IMG/VR virus record: IMGVR_UViG_3300001832_000005
Length of the DNA stretch: 37,172 nucleotides
Strand: one strand, 5' to 3'
Source of the DNA: a virus
The position numbers and the translations under genes were made by a program. Numbering within the stretch: the stretch's first letter is position 1; each line of letters begins with the position of its first letter. Positions 14,786-21,589 of this stretch are shown here, one piece after another. The notes under the pieces were generated by a model, which ran no database searches, had not been told where the DNA came from, and saw only the letters and a list, made by a program, of their open reading frames with translations.

Positions 14786-15531
14786 CTTTACTTATTGATG
14801 CAGATTGGCTAGTCTTCTCTTCCTGTTGTGCAGGAGAAGTAGAGATACAATGGGATTCTTGGAATCATACCTTGCACTCCAATGCAAAGGATTGTTTAGC
14901 TATTGTTGAATCAAGACTAGAAGTATATAAGACAATAGCCAAAGCACAGCAAGAGAAAGTAAAGCATGATGTTGTCATGTGTTTTTCTGAGTACCCAACA
15001 TTTAGGCATGACATATTTCCTGAATATAAAATCCACAGGATAGGAAAAAGAAAACCACTAGCTATGAAACATACTATTGAATTACTTAAACAAGACTATG
15101 AATGTGTATCGTATCCCAACTTAGAAGGAGATGACGTACTCGGATTACTAGCCACTAATGGTAAGTATGAGAATCCAGTTATAGTTTCAGTTGATAAAGA
15201 CATGAGAACTATACCCTGCTTACTCATAAGCACTGAAGCAGTAGAACATATTACAGAGAAGAAAGCTATGCGACACTGGTTTGAAATGGCTATAGCGGGA
15301 GATGCCACAGACGGAATCATAGGAGTCAAGGGATTGGGTATGGTAACTGCAAGCAAGTTACTTGCCGATATTCCTGACACACAAGATGCACTATGGTCTA
15401 AAGTTGCAGAGACATATACAAAGAAGGGCTACTCGTTAGCTGATGCCATACTCAATGCAAGGCTTACAAGAATACTTAGAGAAGGAGATTATAACTACAG
15501 TACTGGCGAAGTAAAACTTTGGAATCCATAA
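14782..15531 (+). CDS. T7 gp6-like 5'-3' exonuclease
   Basis: DADWLVF, LEGDDVLG, VSVDKDMRTIP, GDATDGIIGVKGLG and a C-terminus ...KLWNP parallel T7 gp6. ATGA overlap with the helicase gene. Confidence 0.95.
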   Translation: MTLLIDADWLVFSSCCAGEVEIQWDSWNHTLHSNAKDCLAIVESRLEVYKTIAKAQQEKVKHDVVMCFSEYPTFRHDIFPEYKIHRIGKRKPLAMKHTIELLKQDYECVSYPNLEGDDVLGLLATNGKYENPVIVSVDKDMRTIPCLLISTEAVEHITEKKAMRHWFEMAIAGDATDGIIGVKGLGMVTASKLLADIPDTQDALWSKVAETYTKKGYSLADAILNARLTRILREGDYNYSTGEVKLWNP

Positions 15532-15584
15532 AAAAAACTCTAGGAAAAACGACAGGAGAGGTCAAAAACCTAGAGCTTTTTTTT
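15531..15584. terminator. Terminator-like structure at the replication/structural module boundary
   Basis: A7-CTCTAGG ... CCTAGAG-C-T8 (A-run and T-run flank the stem, so it looks bidirectional). A second hairpin CAATGGG/CCCATTG lies at 15592-15613. Confidence 0.55.
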
Positions 15585-15672
15585 GCTTTACCAATGGGAA
15601 ACCACCCCCATTGATTAAATTGTAGCATGAAATCTATACAAAACTATTTATATTTTCAGATTAAGAGTTACT

Positions 15673-15894
15673 ATGATAATAGTTTCAATCTTATTCTTGG
15701 CAGTTAAGTTACCACAAATTACTGATGACTTGATACAAGGACTAGATGAGGTCTTTCCTAACCGCCAACCTGAACTGTCATTTTCTGATAAGGAGGTTTG
15801 GTATCGGGCAGGGCAAAGGTTTGTTGTTGATTACTTAATCGACCAACAAAAGAGACAACGTGAAACTATGTTAACTGAACAAGTTTTAGATTAG
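15673..15894 (+). CDS. Hypothetical protein with a hydrophobic N-terminus (73 aa)
   Basis: ORF track entry; first ORF of the late block. Confidence 0.5.
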   Translation: MIIVSILFLAVKLPQITDDLIQGLDEVFPNRQPELSFSDKEVWYRAGQRFVVDYLIDQQKRQRETMLTEQVLD

Positions 15895-15898
15895 TACT

Positions 15899-16195
15899 AT
15901 GTGTTTCGGCTCTAAACCTAAAGCACCTGAAAAACCCAAGAAAGCTGAGTTTACAGATGCACCTCCTGTAGTTACAGGTAAACAGGAAGATGTTGAAAAT
16001 CCATTTGATACTAAGAAAATTACAGATCAGTTGAAACTTAGAAGGAAGAAGAAAGAGAAAGGTATTAAGATCAAAAAAGGCGACCCTGATTTATCAAACG
16101 TCAGGATAGCAGGTCTTAATCCTGAAACTGATACTAGAAAAAAATCTGGTACAGGTAGTATGTCTTCTCCCTATAACACGAAATCTATTTATTAA
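15899..16195 (+). CDS. Hypothetical basic protein starting MCFG (98 aa)
   Basis: Lys-rich; shares the VVTG(K/Q)Q motif with the next ORF. Confidence 0.55.
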   Translation: MCFGSKPKAPEKPKKAEFTDAPPVVTGKQEDVENPFDTKKITDQLKLRRKKKEKGIKIKKGDPDLSNVRIAGLNPETDTRKKSGTGSMSSPYNTKSIY

Positions 16196-16200
16196 AAACT

Positions 16201-16449
16201 ATGTGCGTTTTCTCAGCCCCACCACCTCCCCCACCACTACCAGACCCAGAGCCTACAGCACCTAAAGGCGAAAAGACAGCAGAACAAGTTGTTACTGGAC
16301 AGCAAAGAACTACAGTTAAAAAGAAAGGTCAGAAGATGGGTAGAACTGCTGCAAGAGATGCAGGTAGAAAAGGTACAGCATCATTAAGAATACCTTTACT
16401 AGGTAAAAAAGAGACTACCAGAAGCGGTAACTTAAACACACCTATCTAA
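16201..16449 (+). CDS. Hypothetical basic, Pro-rich protein starting MCVF (82 aa)
   Basis: PPPPPPLPDPEP tract; apparent paralogue of 15899..16195. Confidence 0.55.
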   Translation: MCVFSAPPPPPPLPDPEPTAPKGEKTAEQVVTGQQRTTVKKKGQKMGRTAARDAGRKGTASLRIPLLGKKETTRSGNLNTPI

Positions 16450-16455
16450 AACAAT

Positions 16456-18063
16456 ATGGAATATGAATCTCCTGTAGGTACAGCAGCGTCACTGTATGAA
16501 CAGTATGCTACTGAACGATCTTCTTATCTTAGAGAAGGGCAGGAGTCTAGTAAATATACACTGCCATATTTGATACCTGAAACCGCAGCAGGTAGTGGTT
16601 CAAGAAGGACTAAAATCAAAACAAACTATCAAGGGATTGGAGCAGCAGGTACTAATAGTCTTGCTGCAAAACTCTTGACAGGTTTGTTTCCTACAAACGT
16701 ACCATTTTTTAAATTAGTTTTAGACAAAATAAAAATAGCTCAAGAAGAAGCAGGAGCAGAAGCGATAACAGAAATAGATAAGGCTTTGCGTAAGGTAGAA
16801 AATGCTTTGATGAGAGAGATTGAAGTTTCTACAGATAGAGTTGCTATGTTTGAAGCTTTAAAACATTTAGTAGTTGGTGGAAATGTTTTACTGTATTTAA
16901 CTGAAGAAGGATTACAAGTATATCCTTTAGAAAAATATGTTTGTAAACGTGATGCTACTGGTAATACTATAGAAATTATTATCAAAGAAACTATAAGTGC
17001 TAAAGCTTTACCTCCTGCTTTTCTTGAAAACATAAAACAGAAAGCAGAGTACACAGAAAAAACACTTGAAGAAGAATTAGATATTTACACACACGTCAAA
17101 AGAGATGGAGATTATTTTAATTATCATCAAGAATGTAAAAACGAAATCATACCAAACACAGAAGGTAGAGCAAAGAAAGATGTATCTCCTTTTATAAATC
17201 TCAGATTTACTCGACTTAGTGGAGAAAGCTACGGAAGAGGATATGTTGAAGAGTACCGAGGAGATTTAATTTCTCTTGAAGGATTGATGAAAGCAATAAT
17301 TGAAAATGCTGCTGCGTCTGCCCGAACAGTTTTTCTTGTAAATCCAAATGGCACAACCAGAGCTAGTACCCTAGCTAAAGCACCTAACGGAGCCATAAGA
17401 GAAGGTAATGCACAAGACATATCAGTTATGCAGGTAGGTAAAGGACAAGACTTACAGGTTTCTTTTCAAGCGATACAAAGAATAGAACAAAGATTACAAT
17501 ACGCTTTCCTTATGGCTAAAGCAGTACAACGTGACGCTGAAAGGGTTACAAGCACAGAGCTAAAGATATTAACACAGGAATTAGAATCAACACTTGGAGG
17601 AATCTACTCTATTTTAAGTTCAGAACTACAGTTACCTTACCTAAGAAGACGTATGCACCTACTTGTTAAGTCAGGTAGAGTTCCCAAGCTACCTGACGAC
17701 ATAGTTGGCATCTCAATAGTTACAGGATTACAAGGTCTTGGTAGAGGACAAGACAAAGAAAAGCTACTTGAGTTTATTACAGTGATGGCACAGGCTTTAG
17801 GGGCTGATGTCATGAGACAATACGTTAATCTTGACGAAGCTATCAAGCGTCTAGCTACCAGTATTGGCATTGAAACTGAGAATTTGGTAAAATCAGAAGA
17901 AGAAATCGCTGCTGAACAACAACAAATGCAACAACAAGAACTTATTAGAAGTCTTGGAAGTGCTGCTGTAGGTTCTCCGTTACTTGACCCCAAGAAACAA
18001 GCTGAAGCAGGATTAATTAATCAAGAGGTAACTGCAAATGCCAACCAAGAAGGCCAAATCTAG
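16456..18063 (+). CDS. Portal (head-tail connector) protein, T7 gp8-like
   Basis: FEALKHLVVGGNVLLYL, GESYGRGYVEEYRGDLISLEGL and ELESTLGGIYSILSSELQLPYLRR parallel T7 gp8. Confidence 0.96.
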   Translation: MEYESPVGTAASLYEQYATERSSYLREGQESSKYTLPYLIPETAAGSGSRRTKIKTNYQGIGAAGTNSLAAKLLTGLFPTNVPFFKLVLDKIKIAQEEAGAEAITEIDKALRKVENALMREIEVSTDRVAMFEALKHLVVGGNVLLYLTEEGLQVYPLEKYVCKRDATGNTIEIIIKETISAKALPPAFLENIKQKAEYTEKTLEEELDIYTHVKRDGDYFNYHQECKNEIIPNTEGRAKKDVSPFINLRFTRLSGESYGRGYVEEYRGDLISLEGLMKAIIENAAASARTVFLVNPNGTTRASTLAKAPNGAIREGNAQDISVMQVGKGQDLQVSFQAIQRIEQRLQYAFLMAKAVQRDAERVTSTELKILTQELESTLGGIYSILSSELQLPYLRRRMHLLVKSGRVPKLPDDIVGISIVTGLQGLGRGQDKEKLLEFITVMAQALGADVMRQYVNLDEAIKRLATSIGIETENLVKSEEEIAAEQQQMQQQELIRSLGSAAVGSPLLDPKKQAEAGLINQEVTANANQEGQI

Positions 18064-18205
18064 TAAACCTAGAGATGAAAATGGGAGATATACTGCTCCT
18101 AAAAAAGCTGTAGTAAGTAGGCTTGGAGCAACAGAAGAAACTCCTATGCCTGAGAAGTCAGGAGACAAACTTACTAGACATGGTTCAACTATCCACTATA
18201 GTTAA
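18038..18205 (+). CDS. Small basic ORF (55 aa; not in ORF track)
   Basis: ATG at 18038 overlaps the portal gene 3' end. It fills the 18064-18219 gap. Lys/Arg-rich (MPTKKAKSSKPRDENGRYTAPKK...). Confidence 0.35.
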   Translation: MPTKKAKSSKPRDENGRYTAPKKAVVSRLGATEETPMPEKSGDKLTRHGSTIHYS

Positions 18206-18219
18206 AGCAAAAAACTACT

Positions 18220-19002
18220 ATGACATCATCACAAGTACAATCTTTTGAAACACCTCCTATGTCAGCAGACGACATAGAAAGTCTTAGAGATGAATCAGGT
18301 CTTATTGCAGGTAAATTTAAAACTGCTGCTGATATGGTAAACAGCTATAAAGAACTAGAAGGTAAGCTAGGAGCAGTAGAAGGAACTCAAACTGAGCAAC
18401 CAACTGAAGAAGCAGAAGCAGAAACACCTGATAGTGAGTGGAATCCTAGTGAAATTTATGGAGATGGCCTTGCTTCCGTATTAGAAGAAGTTGGAATAGA
18501 TACTCAAGAAATAACAAAAGTCTTTGAAGATACAGGAAACATAAGAGAAGATGATTATACAAAACTTGCTGAAGCAGGTTTTTCTAAACAAATCATTGAT
18601 ACTTATTTACAAGGTCTAAGAGGTGGAGCAGCAGTTGCAGATGAGATACAACAATCTCAATTAGAAGATATACAGAATGTTGTAGGTGGAGAAGACGGAT
18701 ATAACGAGCTTAGAGAGTGGACACAAAATAATGTTCCTGATGAAACACTAGCAGCATTTGACAAAATATTAGATACTCAAGACCCCACTATGATTAAGAT
18801 TGCAGTTCAGGGTTTTGCTGCACAGATGAGGGCTGCTGAAGGATTTGAACCAACACTTATAAATGGTAGAAGTCCACAGGCAATAACTCCGTTTAAGACA
18901 CAAGCAGAAATTAAAACTGCTATGGGCGACCCTAGATACGGAAAAGATGAAGCATATACCCTAAGTGTTTATAAGCGTATGGAAAATACTGAAGTAGTCT
19001 AA
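18220..19002 (+). CDS. Scaffolding protein (T7 gp9 position)
   Basis: Highly acidic 260-aa protein between the portal and capsid genes. Confidence 0.8.
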   Translation: MTSSQVQSFETPPMSADDIESLRDESGLIAGKFKTAADMVNSYKELEGKLGAVEGTQTEQPTEEAEAETPDSEWNPSEIYGDGLASVLEEVGIDTQEITKVFEDTGNIREDDYTKLAEAGFSKQIIDTYLQGLRGGAAVADEIQQSQLEDIQNVVGGEDGYNELREWTQNNVPDETLAAFDKILDTQDPTMIKIAVQGFAAQMRAAEGFEPTLINGRSPQAITPFKTQAEIKTAMGDPRYGKDEAYTLSVYKRMENTEVV

Positions 19003-19148
19003 TGGCTAACAAACCAACTAAACCAGAACTTTATGCAAGAATCAAAGCTAAAGTTAAAGCAAGAGTCAAGAAGTGGCCTTCTGCTTATGCAAGTGGTCAA
19101 GTTGTTAGAGAATATAAAGCAGCAGGTGGAGGATACACCAAAGCCTAA
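19002..19148 (+). CDS. Small basic protein (48 aa; not in ORF track)
   Basis: TAATG junction with the scaffold gene; sequence MANKPTKPELYARIKAKVKARVKKWPSAYASGQVVREYKAAGGGYTKA. Confidence 0.5.
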   Translation: MANKPTKPELYARIKAKVKARVKKWPSAYASGQVVREYKAAGGGYTKA

Positions 19149-19387
19149 TGAGTCTTGATAGATGGTTTAAAGAGAAATGGGTTGATGTCAAAACAGGCAA
19201 GAAGTGTGGCAGGAAAAAAGGAGATGGGCGACCTTATCCTGCTTGCAGACCTTCAAAAAGAGTAAGTAGTAAGACACCAAAGACTACAAAAGAAATGTCT
19301 AATAGAGAAAAACTTAAATTTAAAAAATCAAAAACTAGCGGTAAAAGAATAAATTACAATCATAAAAGACGACAAAGAACTGCATAG
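19148..19387 (+). CDS. Small, very basic protein (79 aa)
   Basis: TAATG junction; LDRWFKEKWVDV...CGR...YPACRPSKRVSSKTPKT. Confidence 0.6.
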   Translation: MSLDRWFKEKWVDVKTGKKCGRKKGDGRPYPACRPSKRVSSKTPKTTKEMSNREKLKFKKSKTSGKRINYNHKRRQRTA

Positions 19388-19423
19388 CTGTTATATTTTA
19401 TATAAGCTACTAATCCGTAGTTC

Positions 19424-19690
19424 ATGTCTCCACGCAGAAAATCTTTATCTCTTAGAAAATCTGACAAGAATCCAACAGGAGGATTATCGGAAAGTGGGAG
19501 AAGAAGAATCAACGCTGCTACAGGTTCTAAGTTGCAACGACCTGTCACTAAAAAAAGTGGACTTTCAAAACGTGAAAAAGGTAGAAGAAAATCTTTTTGT
19601 GCAAGAATGAAAGGTGTCAAAGGAGCTATGAAAGACAGTAAAGGTAGGCCAACTAGAAAGGCTCTTGCACTTCGCAAGTGGCGTTGCTAG
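19424..19690 (+). CDS. Small, very basic protein (88 aa)
   Basis: NPTGGLSESGRRRINAATGSKL...RRKSFCARMKG...GRPTRKALALRKWRC. Confidence 0.6.
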   Translation: MSPRRKSLSLRKSDKNPTGGLSESGRRRINAATGSKLQRPVTKKSGLSKREKGRRKSFCARMKGVKGAMKDSKGRPTRKALALRKWRC

Positions 19691-19801
19691 TTTCTGAACT
19701 TTCATCTACACATCAAAGTGCCTGATACGTCAGATAACGCTTTTGAGAAAAGATAGTAAGACAGAGTAAGTACAAATTAATTCTCAACAACAGACAAACA
19801 G

Positions 19802-20788
19802 ATGGCTAACGCAACTGTATCTCGTCTGGGCTTGAAGAACGCAGCAGGTACAAACTTTGACGAGTTATTTCTCAAGGTATTTTCTGGCGAGGTGCTAACA
19901 GCATTTGGTCAAAACAATATTTTTGATGACAAATTACACACTGTTCGTTCTATAGCTTCAGGCAAATCGGCAAGCTTCCCAACTTTAGGAACCGCTACTG
20001 CTGCCTATCATACGATCGGAGAACCCCTAGTCGGGGCGAACCAAATCAAAGCTAGTGAGGTTTTGATTTCTATTGACGATATGTTAATAGCACAGGCGGT
20101 AGTCGCAAAATTAGATGAATTGAAGAATCACTATGATGTGAGGTCAATTTATTCTGCCGAGCTTGGAAAGGCACTTGCTAAAACATACGATCAAAACGTA
20201 GCGAAGGTAATCGCTAATGCTTCAAGAGCTAGTACTGTACTAACAGGTGGTAATGGTGGACTTGTTCTAACACTGCCTACTGGTAATACAACTTCAGCCA
20301 ACGTCACAGGAGATGAACTGGTTGCAGCTATATATGATATAGCTCAAGAGTTTGACGCTCGTGACATTCCTCCTACAGATAGATTCTGTGTGTTACCACC
20401 TGCTGAATACTATAAAATTCCTGAGTCAGCGACTAGGATTATAGATACTGACTTTAACCCACAGGGTAATGGTTCAGTAGCAGCAGGTCGTGTATCAATG
20501 GTTGCAGGTATCCCTGTAATGATGAGCAACAACGTACCTCAATCTAACGTGGCTTCTAATCCTTCAGGTGCTAATAACGCTTACAACGGAGATGATAGCA
20601 AGACGCTAGGGTTGGTATTCCATAAGTCAGCAGTTGGAACTGTAAAATTACAGGACATGACAACTGAAATCTCAGGTGCGGACTATGGTATTATGTATCA
20701 ATCAACACTACTTGTTGCGAAGTACGCACTTGGTCATGGAATCCTAAGACCAGAGTGTGCAGCAACAATCAAATTGTCTGCTACATAA
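19802..20788 (+). CDS. Major capsid protein, T7 gp10-like
   Basis: LFLKVFSGEVLTAF, VRSIASGKSASFPTLG, HYDVRSIYSAELG, HKSAVGTVKLQD and AKYALGHGILRPE parallel T7 gp10A. Confidence 0.97.
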   Translation: MANATVSRLGLKNAAGTNFDELFLKVFSGEVLTAFGQNNIFDDKLHTVRSIASGKSASFPTLGTATAAYHTIGEPLVGANQIKASEVLISIDDMLIAQAVVAKLDELKNHYDVRSIYSAELGKALAKTYDQNVAKVIANASRASTVLTGGNGGLVLTLPTGNTTSANVTGDELVAAIYDIAQEFDARDIPPTDRFCVLPPAEYYKIPESATRIIDTDFNPQGNGSVAAGRVSMVAGIPVMMSNNVPQSNVASNPSGANNAYNGDDSKTLGLVFHKSAVGTVKLQDMTTEISGADYGIMYQSTLLVAKYALGHGILRPECAATIKLSAT

Positions 20789-20809
20789 TCTACCTAAATT
20801 CCTAAAATG

Positions 20810-20840
20810 GGGTATTCTATTATTAGATACCCTTTTTTTT
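20810..20840 (+). terminator. Intrinsic terminator immediately after the capsid gene (T7 Tphi position)
   Basis: GGGTAT tctattattag ATACCC followed by T8. Confidence 0.7.
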
Positions 20841-20972
20841 ATGCCCGCAGGTAAGGGAACGTATGGTTCTAAGGTTGGAAGACCTAAATCTAAAAAGAAA
20901 AAAACAGACGACAAAAAAAAGTCTGCTCTTAAAAACAAACTCATGGCATTAAAAATGTCAAAAAAAAAGTAA
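20841..20972 (+). CDS. Possible Lys-rich mini-ORF (43 aa)
   Basis: ATG directly after the T8 run; MPAGKGTYGSKVGRPKSKKKKTDDKKKSALKNK... It consists largely of A-runs, so it may be non-coding. Confidence 0.3.
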   Translation: MPAGKGTYGSKVGRPKSKKKKTDDKKKSALKNKLMALKMSKKK

Positions 20973-20978
20973 AGAAAA

Positions 20979-21587
20979 ATGGCTGTAGCTGCAAGCACTG
21001 AATTGGAATGTGTAAACATTATGCTCGCTGCGATAGGCGAAGCACCAATAAATAAATTAACAGGGCTGCTTCCTGTAGATGCAAGAACTGCACAATCAAC
21101 TTTGCTTGAAGTTAATAAAGAAGTCCAATCTGAAGGTTGGTCATTTAATCAAGAATTTAATGTTGTGCTAACTAGAGATAGTAAAAATGAAATTACTATT
21201 GCAAATAATATTTTAAAAATAGATACTAATATTTTTGACCACCCGACTATTGATGTAGTTCAAAGAGGTCTTAAATTATATGATCGAAAAAATAATACTT
21301 TTAAATTTGATAATGATTTAACTTGTCATGTTACTTACTTTAGAGATTTTGTAGAACTGCCTGAACCTGCTAGACGTTATATGAATATAAAAGCTGCAAG
21401 AATATTTGTAGATAGATTAATTGGAGATGATGGTTTAAGAACTTATACAGGGCAAGATGAAGCTAGAGCTAGAGCAATATTAATGGAAACAGATTTATCA
21501 AACGCAGATCATAATGTTCTTACAGGCGACCCTAACTTAAATAATGCTATTGATACCTTTACCCCTGCTGATGTACTTAATAGATAA
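20979..21587 (+). CDS. Tail tubular protein A (T7 gp11-like)
   Basis: ECVNIMLAAIGEAPINKL, QSEGWSFNQE, ELPEPARRYMNIKAARIF and DEARARAILME parallel T7 gp11. Confidence 0.93.
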   Translation: MAVAASTELECVNIMLAAIGEAPINKLTGLLPVDARTAQSTLLEVNKEVQSEGWSFNQEFNVVLTRDSKNEITIANNILKIDTNIFDHPTIDVVQRGLKLYDRKNNTFKFDNDLTCHVTYFRDFVELPEPARRYMNIKAARIFVDRLIGDDGLRTYTGQDEARARAILMETDLSNADHNVLTGDPNLNNAIDTFTPADVLNR

Positions 21588-21589
21588 TT

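Noticed and set aside
18193-18201. A second CACTATAG core just upstream of the scaffold gene (T7 phi9-like position)
   Set aside because: The upstream recognition half (TTAGGT register) is absent, the +1 region is TTAAAG rather than GGAG, and the site lies inside the candidate 18038..18205 ORF. It is kept only as a half-site to include in promoter testing.
20757-20972. Track ORF overlapping the capsid gene 3' end; considered as a T7 10B-style frameshift extension of the capsid protein
   Set aside because: The frame is +1, not -1, relative to the capsid gene. No slippery site is visible, and the strong terminator hairpin and T8 lie inside the would-be extension. Only the part after the ATG at 20841 is kept, as a low-confidence mini-ORF.
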